IMG/VR virus record: IMGVR_UViG_3300034178_000025
From: an uncultured virus (IMG/VR IMGVR_UViG_3300034178_000025)
Taxonomy: Duplodnaviria; Heunggongvirae; Uroviricota; Caudoviricetes
Reading direction: 5' to 3' (one strand)
Length of the DNA: 20,000 nucleotides
In this document: positions 6,736-14,273 of the stretch, in pieces
Position numbering within the stretch: the first letter of the stretch is position 1
How the letters are laid out: each line of letters begins with the position of its first letter
Notes under the pieces: model-generated
Told to the model about the DNA's origin: nothing
What the model saw: the letters and a program-made list of their open reading frames with translations, nothing else
Databases searched by the model: none
Translations under genes and position numbers: made by a program

Positions 6736-8611
6736 AGATGTCCCCACCTGGTAGCAGACCGTTTTGCCCAGACAAGTTAACAGGCGCAAAGGAAGGAATC
6801 TGTCGACCGTCGAGAGAATCGTTCCTGTTCTTCTGAAGAACTGTAGGGTCATACGCATCTGGCATGTTTTGCAGATCACCTCTAGGGTGCTCGGAGGATG
6901 GTCGCACACCACGCCGATATTGTCTATCCCCTGCTAGCAACGAACATACGCCAGCCATCCCATCGGCCACGTCCTTGCTGCCACGCTCCGGGTGATCCAC
7001 CTTCTTGCCAGTATCGATCAGCCGACTTAGCTCTTGATAGGCAATCTCAACTAGCTTAGAATCGCCATGCTTCATGTACGTATAGTACTTTGGAAATTCG
7101 ATTCGCTCTTCGTAAATCGCATCTCGTAGGTCCTGATACGGAAGCATGTTACGATCAACGAAAAGGTAGTCTGCATCGAATCGACGCTTGTTCAGCTGCT
7201 GAATGGTATCCGTACTTTGAAATCCATCCAGCGTCACCTTCTTGATGTTGAATCCCAGATCATCTCGTAGATGATAGATGATCTTTCGAACATCTCCGAG
7301 AATGATCTCCCGACCAGGCATCGGTCTCATTCGTAGGAGCATGTCGAATACGATGACCGGCTGTAGGTCGCCATCGATTTCCTTTAGCTCCCGAACGTGA
7401 CCCATCGCTATACCTAGAGCGTCACCGTCCGCACTGTACGCGATGTCGATGTGCACCACCCGCTTGAGCTTGTCCTTAGCCACAAACCAGGGAGCAAACT
7501 CCGCCCTTTCGAGAGTCGGCAGCACTGGCGACGAATCGACACCGAACCTCTCGTGCCAACGCTCACGTGCTGAATCTATCTTGAAGGTCATCCCAATGAA
7601 GGGATTGCCAACCAGTGGCGGAATGCCTGCAAGATCCTTAAGTGCCTTGTCTGGGTCGTTAGTAAATTGCTTCTTGTAAAGATTTGGAATCTCGATCAGG
7701 TCGTCGTTAACAAGCACCTGGGCAATTAGGTCAGGTACTATCATCTTCCGGCGGGTATCGAACCAGAAACTGTCGTGCGTCCCGTCGGCCTTGAGGTATT
7801 TGTCCCAGCCGAACGACTCCCAGATAGTCATTCGACTTACGTATGATTCAGGATCGCTTACAAACTCTTCATACTTTACGGCAGCAAAACCGCTAGACTT
7901 CTTCATCTGACCAATCAGGATTAGAAGTCCTCTATCCCCGAACCGAGACGTAATACGATTGCTGATCGTATTGTAACCCTCGAGAGCGTAATCCTTCTTG
8001 GGCGTAACTCGGTGAGAGTCCATCTCATCGAGCACACCACCAAGGATGTTGTATCCCTCAAATGTAGTTTCCGCGCTATCCCCTGGTACAATCCAGATAT
8101 CCTTCTGTGGCCAACGAATCTGATTCTTGAATGCAGGATCCTGTGGCCACTTCTTAAACCATACAGAGTGCTTGATCCGGGCGACCACGTCAGCGAAGAT
8201 AACCTCACGAGCTTGATCCTCCGAAGTCGACATCATCATGAACGCGATCCTGGAGCCCGGCATAAAGCTAAAGAATGCCTGCGGATCCTTGAGGCACAGA
8301 ACCCAGTGCACCATGTACGGCAGCACGATACTGGCAAAGGTTGTCTTGCCAATACCGATTGCGCCAGTCATCATGGCTTCTTTGAACTTCGCCAAGCTGT
8401 ATGGCTGAGACTCCTCGCCGAAGATGTCAATCAAAACCTGACGAAGGCCCGGCCGAACATTGGCATCAATGTTCAGATATCCAGGTCCCAGGAACTCTGC
8501 GATGCTAGCCGGTCGCTCCTCGAAATCTGGATTGTTCTTTAGCCAGTCAAGCTCACGCAGTGTCGCCTTGAACTGCTCGTCCGTGATCGAGGGCGGACCG
8601 GAAAGGGTCAT
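6704..8611 (-). CDS. terL: Terminase large subunit
   Basis: Walker A GAIGIGKT, Walker B GVLDEMD, RNase H-like nuclease motifs HIDIA...GDA, LDGFQS and DHP...SKDVAD. Confidence 0.93.
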   Translation of the reverse strand: MTLSGPPSITDEQFKATLRELDWLKNNPDFEERPASIAEFLGPGYLNIDANVRPGLRQVLIDIFGEESQPYSLAKFKEAMMTGAIGIGKTTFASIVLPYMVHWVLCLKDPQAFFSFMPGSRIAFMMMSTSEDQAREVIFADVVARIKHSVWFKKWPQDPAFKNQIRWPQKDIWIVPGDSAETTFEGYNILGGVLDEMDSHRVTPKKDYALEGYNTISNRITSRFGDRGLLILIGQMKKSSGFAAVKYEEFVSDPESYVSRMTIWESFGWDKYLKADGTHDSFWFDTRRKMIVPDLIAQVLVNDDLIEIPNLYKKQFTNDPDKALKDLAGIPPLVGNPFIGMTFKIDSARERWHERFGVDSSPVLPTLERAEFAPWFVAKDKLKRVVHIDIAYSADGDALGIAMGHVRELKEIDGDLQPVIVFDMLLRMRPMPGREIILGDVRKIIYHLRDDLGFNIKKVTLDGFQSTDTIQQLNKRRFDADYLFVDRNMLPYQDLRDAIYEERIEFPKYYTYMKHGDSKLVEIAYQELSRLIDTGKKVDHPERGSKDVADGMAGVCSLLAGDRQYRRGVRPSSEHPRGDLQNMPDAYDPTVLQKNRNDSLDGRQIPSFAPVNLSGQNGLLPGGDIYDGLGIKRSK

Positions 8612-10080
8612 GTTGCTGTACCCTCAATTGTCTTCGGCCGTGTCGACTGAACGGGTACAGATATTTGCTGCGCAGCAACAGCAGTACTGATTGCCTGCTG
8701 CTTCGGCACGTTAGCCATGTTGCGCAACACGCCCTTGATCATGTTGCCGTCGATCTTCTCGCGGGGTATGCCAGCCGCCTCCAGCTCCGCCACGAGCGTA
8801 GCCACCAGCTGCTTTGGGTCCGCCCCAGAGATGCCGACGTTTGCCTGCCCGCCTGCAGCGACGCCGACGTTTACCTGAACCTTGGGTCCACCGGCCTTGG
8901 ATGGATCGATCAGCTTAACCAGCTTCGTACCCTGATCAAACACCATCTTGCTGAGTTTGGTTACCTCGGGATCGAGTTCGCCGGATGCCTTCTCCTCTGC
9001 CATCGCGTCTTCTAGACGTTCAGCGTTGCGATGAAGAAGATTACTCAAACCGGTCATGATTACGTCGGCGCTGCGAGAGCCAAACGCGTCTGCTAGAGCC
9101 ACTGCGTCAGATCCCTTCACTGTGCAGACGCTACCCTCGCGGTAGAGTGTGCAGGCGTTATGAACAATACAGGTGTCACAAGTGAACTGATCAAGTTCGC
9201 CAGTCTGGAAGCCGATGTTCCGCATCAATCGCCGACGAGCCGCGGGAAGGATGAAATCCTTATCGCTAATCATGCGGAACTCTGTTGGCCTGAATACGGT
9301 GTTCCGTCCAGCTTTTGTGTTTTGTATAACGAACGGCGTAACCGATTGAAAGTTACGCCTGGCCCAAGCGGCAGCTCGCAGACAAACTCTCACCTGATCG
9401 TCGAGGTTATGGATATCCTCCTGCGCCAATCCGATGAGAGTGAACCAATCCTTATATCTCTTGTCGTAGGTGATGTGACCAACTAGCTGCTTGCCGGTAG
9501 GAAGAATAGTTCTATCCTTCGCTGCACCGGTAGGAGACAGAGCGTGCGGATAGTAATCAACCGCCTTCAAGCCGATACCGAACAGGTCGGAGAACCTATT
9601 TGCTCCCGACACAAATAGCTCTACATCAGGATACTTTAGCTGCACCTCGCGCATTTGCAGCATGAAGTCCTGACGTTCCTGCCCGGACGGCGGAATCCTG
9701 TGCACAACAACTCGATGCTTCTGTCCATAGACTGGACGCATCTGCATGTGAATTCCTGCGTCAGTGCAGAGCTTCTTGTCCAGGCCGACATGATTTTCCA
9801 TAAGCCATTCAAGGGCGTCCCATCCCTCGTCCGGCGACCAGGTCGGATAGACCGCCAGTGGCTTGTCATATCCAGCAAAAGTGCTATACTCTGCTGCTCC
9901 GGAATGATCAATGATCATCACTTGAACTGGACCGTACGCAGAAGAGTGCGCACGCACCCAGGAGAACATCTCATGCTTTGATGTAAGCAGCCTGGCTGCG
10001 TGCCAGGTAAACTTACGAAAGCCTTCTTCCAGAGCCACATCAATGTACCTCTGGGACTGCATAAGCCATAGGTCGACCAT
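8608..10080 (-). CDS. 490-aa protein in the small-terminase position: putative TGT/DpdA-like N-terminal domain, 4-Cys cluster and helical C-terminus
   Basis: First gene of the operon, 4-nt ATGA overlap with terL; motifs IIDHSGA, AVYPTW-x3-EG-x-D-x-L, ELFVSG...AVDY and C-x2-C-x5-C-x8-C. The CDS is secure; the domain call is tentative. Confidence 0.55.
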   Translation of the reverse strand: MVDLWLMQSQRYIDVALEEGFRKFTWHAARLLTSKHEMFSWVRAHSSAYGPVQVMIIDHSGAAEYSTFAGYDKPLAVYPTWSPDEGWDALEWLMENHVGLDKKLCTDAGIHMQMRPVYGQKHRVVVHRIPPSGQERQDFMLQMREVQLKYPDVELFVSGANRFSDLFGIGLKAVDYYPHALSPTGAAKDRTILPTGKQLVGHITYDKRYKDWFTLIGLAQEDIHNLDDQVRVCLRAAAWARRNFQSVTPFVIQNTKAGRNTVFRPTEFRMISDKDFILPAARRRLMRNIGFQTGELDQFTCDTCIVHNACTLYREGSVCTVKGSDAVALADAFGSRSADVIMTGLSNLLHRNAERLEDAMAEEKASGELDPEVTKLSKMVFDQGTKLVKLIDPSKAGGPKVQVNVGVAAGGQANVGISGADPKQLVATLVAELEAAGIPREKIDGNMIKGVLRNMANVPKQQAISTAVAAQQISVPVQSTRPKTIEGTAT

Positions 10081-10113
10081 AGCAACTGACCCTTACTAGG
10101 TTATGTGTCCGAC

Positions 10114-10166
10114 AGAAAACAGGGCCAGCGCTAATTGCCTGCGGGAAGGCAACAGCACTGGCCCTG
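10114..10166 (-). terminator. Intrinsic terminator-like hairpin in the 5' leader of the packaging/head operon
   Basis: Minus strand reads CAGGGCCAGTGCTGTTGCCT-TCCCGC-AGGCAATTAGCGCTGGCCCTG-TTTTCT. One stem position is a G-U wobble on the minus strand but a C/A mismatch on the plus strand. Confidence 0.7.
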
Positions 10167-10208
10167 CGGGAAGGGTGAGACAGGCGCGTGACTTCCAGTC
10201 CCGTACTG

Positions 10209-10237
10209 ACTATACATGATCACGACGATATCCGCAA
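10209..10237 (-). promoter_or_regulatory. Sigma-A/HrdB-like promoter for the virion operon
   Basis: -35 TTGCGG (10237-10232), 17-bp spacer, -10 TATAGT (10214-10209). Confidence 0.6.
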
Positions 10238-10248
10238 CAAGTTGGGGG

Positions 10249-10277
10249 TTGCTATTCATATCATTTTGCGGTACGAT
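10249..10277 (+). promoter_or_regulatory. Sigma-A/HrdB-like promoter for the replication operon
   Basis: -35 TTGCTA (10249-10254), 17-bp spacer, -10 TACGAT (10272-10277). Confidence 0.6.
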
Positions 10278-10334
10278 CATGGTGCGGGTGACGCTCTGTG
10301 CTATCGGAGTGTCTTGTGATCGGAAGGGTGAACT

Positions 10335-11174
10335 GTGGCAATTGAGGCACCAAAGAATGATGTAGAGATTGCGAAACTTTTCGCAAAGATGATGATCGCC
10401 CGGCCAGAGATTATGGCTGTCCAGACGGACAATGGCGAGTATCGGCCGTTGCGTGGCGCGCCGTTCAAGCTCCCCGATCTACTCGACCACATCAGCGGAT
10501 CCAAGACATACGGACACTACCTGGTAAACGCCGAAGATAGAGTCAAGCTGTTCTGCTTCGACATCGACCTGAAGAAGATCGGCAGCCTGCCAATCACGAA
10601 GAACGGAATGGGACAGTTCTTCGGATTTCAAGAAACAAATCCTCGCGAGGTGTGGGGGTCACGGAAGCCTGGGGCGGCACGTGACTTCATGAAGCTGAAG
10701 ATGAAGATTCTTGCGAATCAACTCATGAGCGTCATCTCTAGGGAACTAGAGATCCACACTGCGGCTGCATACTCTGGCAGCAAGGGTGTGCACGTCTATG
10801 GGTTCACCGGTAAGACCTCGGCCAACTTGGCGCGCCAGGCAGCATCGATAGTTCTTGATGCGCTGGTCGAGCGCGATCTAGGTCACTGGAAGTTGATCAG
10901 AGGTAATAACTTCTACGGCTACTCGGTGAACGCCAATCAGATAAATGATCCCGGCGAAAACTATCACCAGTTTGAATTGGAGGTGTATCCAAAGCAAGAC
11001 ACGGTCGAAGGTAGAGAGAAGGGACTGGGTAACCTACTCAGACTCCCCTTGGGGGTTAATCTGCATTCCCCCAAGCGTGACAAGGCATTCTTCCTTGACA
11101 TGCGTACCGCGTTGACGGAGTTCGTACCACGAGACCCGATCGAGGCGCTTACCACTTCTAACCCGTGGCAGTAA
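10335..11174 (+). CDS. Archaeo-eukaryotic primase (AEP) catalytic domain protein
   Basis: Motif I FDID, motif II SGSKGVHVY, and EVYPKQ...GNLLRLPLG; GTG start with GGAAGGG upstream. Confidence 0.85.
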   Translation: MAIEAPKNDVEIAKLFAKMMIARPEIMAVQTDNGEYRPLRGAPFKLPDLLDHISGSKTYGHYLVNAEDRVKLFCFDIDLKKIGSLPITKNGMGQFFGFQETNPREVWGSRKPGAARDFMKLKMKILANQLMSVISRELEIHTAAAYSGSKGVHVYGFTGKTSANLARQAASIVLDALVERDLGHWKLIRGNNFYGYSVNANQINDPGENYHQFELEVYPKQDTVEGREKGLGNLLRLPLGVNLHSPKRDKAFFLDMRTALTEFVPRDPIEALTTSNPWQ

Positions 11175-11184
11175 GGCGGACTAG

Positions 11185-13098
11185 GTGACTACGGATGAAC
11201 TGTCCCCGTTTGAGCGGAGGCTGCGAGCCAAGCTAGCAGCCAAGGGTCAGACATCACCGCAGCCAGTGGCTGCATCCAGTTCTGTATCGTCTGCGACTGT
11301 CGCTTCTACTTATGAATCTGACGTACCAACCGCCGAAGAAGTCGGTCTAGGCAACATCAGTCCAGAGCAAGAAGCGCTCGACAAGGCAATAGAAGGCCTT
11401 GGCATCATCGAGGCTTACAATAGATGGTGCAAGAAGATGGTGCCGAAATATGCACCATCACAGCAGGAAAGCATCAAGTGCTCCTGCCCCAACCCACAGC
11501 ACCCTGACAAGAATCCATCTGCCTGGATGGATCGCAAGAAGAACGTGTACTACTGCAGTGGATGCGCCCAGGGCGGAGACGTCTGGGATATCGCTGCATT
11601 CCACTTCGGCTTTCCGGTTCCTGGCTATAAGCAAGACAAGCAGATGTTCCGGGAACTTCGTGAGAAGATTGGCACGGACCTCGGGTTTGCAACTGCTATC
11701 AACTCATTTGGCAAGACTGTAGTTGTGCCGCCTCCGACAAAGGAGGAAGAAGAACTCGCCGCAAAGCCGGTTGCAATCCTTCCGGCGGCCGCTGCAGAAG
11801 AATCACGAAAGGAAGAAGAGGAAGAAGAGCTAGCGAACATCGCCACAATAGACTGGCGAGCAATCGTGAAGCCTGAGACCTTTCTTGACTCCTACATGAA
11901 GATCACAAGTCAGGACACCTGTCCGGAAGAGTATCACTTCTGGAACGGATTGATCGCACTTGGCGTAGCAGCTGGGCGTGATGTAATGCTTGATGACCAT
12001 GAGCCGGTAGCTGCGAATCTGTTCGTATGCCTTACGGGACCATCTGGCGCCGGCAAGTCCCGCTCAACCAAGCACCTTGAGCGCATACTCCGAATGTCGA
12101 TTCCCTACATAACTGGTGGCGGTCCGTCAAGAGGAGTGAAGCATATCAAGTCCCCGGGATCTGCGGAGTACCTAGTGAGCCACCTGCAAGGTCTTTACGA
12201 AGATCCGTCAAACCCGAAGGTGACACTTACCTCTCCGGTGCGATCCGTGGTAGAGTTTGGTGAACTCGCTGGACTCATGAATACCGCCAACCGCCTCGGT
12301 AATAACATGAAGCCACAACTCATGGAGATCTATGACGCCAACGAGGTAATTGAATCCGGGTCACTGACTGGTGGGATGCGCCGCGCGGAGAACGCTTTCG
12401 GTTCTGTTATCTCTACCACGCAGAACCGATCGTTGCGCAAGCTTCTTGACGCAGGCGACGACGGATCTGGATTCATCAACCGCTGGGTATTCGCAACCGG
12501 ACAGATGAAGCCGCAGCTCTCGTTTGGCGGAGCACGAATAAATCTGACTGCGCCTGGGGACAAGCTCAAGCAGATTCACCAGTGGTGTTTCACCTCAAAG
12601 AAGATAACGCTATCCGCCGATGCGTTCACGAAGTGGGATGAATTCTTTCACAGCACCGTTCATCCTACTCAGACGCAGGCGAATCGACAGGGTACTTCGG
12701 TACTCGGTCGCATAGACCTACTGATGAAGAAGCTTATTCTATTGTTCGCGATCAACAGACTCGAGTCGATCGTAAGCGAGCAGTCGGTAGAAGAAGCCAT
12801 CTATCTCTGGCCATACATCCTCAAGACATACGGCCAAGTAGGAAAGGAAATGAAGAAGACGGATGACACCGATCTTCGTGACGAGATTCTCTCACAGATC
12901 ATTCGTATCACGAAGAAGAACGGAAAGCCTCCGTCGCAACGCGAGCTGCTGAGTGCCAGCAAGAGAAAGATCAAAACCGACAAGCAGATGTCCGACCTGA
13001 TTCAGGTAATGCTGAGGCTCGGATACATTCAGGAAGAAAAGTCGCAAGCTGGAGTACGAGGCCGTCCGACAACGAGGTATGCAGTCAATGAACACTGA
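11185..13098 (+). CDS. CHC2 zinc-finger plus P-loop ATPase/helicase (DUF3987-like) replication protein
   Basis: CP-x3-H-x-D-x-x-PS...YYCSGC-x-x-GGD; NLFVCLTGPSGAGKS Walker A; GSGFINRW; C-terminal wHTH-like end GRPTTRY. Confidence 0.8.
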   Translation: MTTDELSPFERRLRAKLAAKGQTSPQPVAASSSVSSATVASTYESDVPTAEEVGLGNISPEQEALDKAIEGLGIIEAYNRWCKKMVPKYAPSQQESIKCSCPNPQHPDKNPSAWMDRKKNVYYCSGCAQGGDVWDIAAFHFGFPVPGYKQDKQMFRELREKIGTDLGFATAINSFGKTVVVPPPTKEEEELAAKPVAILPAAAAEESRKEEEEEELANIATIDWRAIVKPETFLDSYMKITSQDTCPEEYHFWNGLIALGVAAGRDVMLDDHEPVAANLFVCLTGPSGAGKSRSTKHLERILRMSIPYITGGGPSRGVKHIKSPGSAEYLVSHLQGLYEDPSNPKVTLTSPVRSVVEFGELAGLMNTANRLGNNMKPQLMEIYDANEVIESGSLTGGMRRAENAFGSVISTTQNRSLRKLLDAGDDGSGFINRWVFATGQMKPQLSFGGARINLTAPGDKLKQIHQWCFTSKKITLSADAFTKWDEFFHSTVHPTQTQANRQGTSVLGRIDLLMKKLILLFAINRLESIVSEQSVEEAIYLWPYILKTYGQVGKEMKKTDDTDLRDEILSQIIRITKKNGKPPSQRELLSASKRKIKTDKQMSDLIQVMLRLGYIQEEKSQAGVRGRPTTRYAVNEH

Positions 13099-13564
13099 CT
13101 CCCAAGAGCCCGATCCGCTGTCGCACGAGATCAACCATACCGTGCTTCCCAAGGAGCGGACAGTCGCCGTTGCAGTCATGCTAGAATTGGTCGAAGCCAA
13201 ATACGATGGCATGGCGCATGGGCGACGCCACACCCGTAACCGGGGTTGTGACGGTCCGCTGTGTAGGAAGGCCCTCCGGGATTGGCAACGTCAACGGACC
13301 CTAGAGCAAAACGCTAGAGTCGGACGAGAGACAAGGGAATACACCAGAGACCTGATGTCTGTTCTTGTTGACCAGCAGCTGACTGATATTCAGAACGCAT
13401 ACGACAAAGCGTTCACTATGTGGAAAGGTGGAGTTGTTTCCGAAGAAACAACCCTAGCGTTCATCAGCGAGTGTATGAAGACCTGGGACAACCTAGAGTC
13501 AGTTGGCATGTCATCCATACCGAACGCTGCAGTACTGCAGTCTGCAGTTGCGGTAGCGGCATGA
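13088..13564 (+). CDS. Hypothetical protein with an actinophage-type HG...GC...CR motif
   Basis: HGRRHTRNRGCDGPLCRKA followed by a basic helix; ATG 13088 overlaps the helicase end (13079 is an alternative start). Confidence 0.7.
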   Translation: MNTDSQEPDPLSHEINHTVLPKERTVAVAVMLELVEAKYDGMAHGRRHTRNRGCDGPLCRKALRDWQRQRTLEQNARVGRETREYTRDLMSVLVDQQLTDIQNAYDKAFTMWKGGVVSEETTLAFISECMKTWDNLESVGMSSIPNAAVLQSAVAVAA

Positions 13565-13743
13565 CCAACGAGATTCCAAAGACTCCGGAAATCAGGCCAC
13601 CATTTCCGATCAGGTGCCAGTGGTGTCAGTGCAACAAAGGCATATTGCCAGGCGGAATTCTGATCTGTCCGAAATGTGACCTCACCGAAACGGGCGGACC
13701 GCCAAGAAGCAACCTCGCAAAGGATGTGAATCCCAAGCCATGA
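13561..13743 (+). CDS. Small C4 zinc-finger protein (60 aa)
   Basis: MTNEIPK...CQWC...CPKCD; ATGA overlaps at both ends. The track ORF starting at 13420 looks over-extended. Confidence 0.7.
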   Translation: MTNEIPKTPEIRPPFPIRCQWCQCNKGILPGGILICPKCDLTETGGPPRSNLAKDVNPKP

Positions 13744-13967
13744 GCAGGACATCCTTGTATCAAAGAGCTATAAATGAATCGATGAAGATGAAAGGAAGAG
13801 ATCAGAGAAGTTCCAAATGTTCTCTCTACGGAAAACATGAGCCCCATGTTAGTAACGTTCTTGGATCTGACTACAGAGGTATAGGGAGGTATTGCCACGA
13901 ACCCTGCGGCGGTGGAGACACGAAAGTGGACGTCAATGCAAACGGCCGAAGCTGGGAAAAGCCATGA
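13740..13967 (+). CDS. Hypothetical protein (75 aa, C...H-x-x-H...C motif)
   Basis: ATGA overlaps with both neighbouring genes. Confidence 0.65.
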   Translation: MSRTSLYQRAINESMKMKGRDQRSSKCSLYGKHEPHVSNVLGSDYRGIGRYCHEPCGGGDTKVDVNANGRSWEKP

Positions 13968-14200
13968 GCAGCGAAGGTGCACGTCTCAACGCGATCCTGG
14001 AGAACCTGTCCAGCGACCAGCGATCCTTCCTTGACCAGATGTTCATGCGCGGTGAGCCAGTGGTTGAACTTGACAACCATGAGTACAAATTCATCTTCGA
14101 GTCTGATCTAGACTGGACAGTCAGGTCGCTGGGACTGAAGACCCTGTGGGCCTGCGAGATCGACGGCATCGAGTACAGACTATGCGGGCATGAGCGTTAG
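13964..14200 (+). CDS. Hypothetical protein (78 aa)
   Basis: ATG 13964 in ATGA overlap with the upstream stop; ends just before the terminator. Confidence 0.7.
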   Translation: MSSEGARLNAILENLSSDQRSFLDQMFMRGEPVVELDNHEYKFIFESDLDWTVRSLGLKTLWACEIDGIEYRLCGHER

Positions 14201-14227
14201 CTAGCCTATCCAGCTGACACAGGCAGA

Positions 14228-14264
14228 GAAATGCCCCCGAGCCAGTTCAGCTCGGGGGCATTTC
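14228..14264. terminator. Bidirectional intrinsic terminator between convergent operons
   Basis: 15-bp perfect inverted repeat GAAATGCCCCCGAGC / GCTCGGGGGCATTTC with a 7-nt loop, between stop codons at 14200 (+) and 14274 (-). Confidence 0.88.
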
Positions 14265-14273
14265 CGTTAGTGC

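Noticed and set aside
6736..6912. 59-aa N-terminal extension of the portal ORF in the track
   Set aside because: Lies wholly within terL; ATG 6735 has a plausible SD and gives a normal short overlap.
10335..11174. AEP as part of an anti-phage or conflict system (TOTE-type primase or CRISPR-associated primase)
   Set aside because: The context is a primase-helicase pair in a phage replication operon; no partner defence genes are visible.
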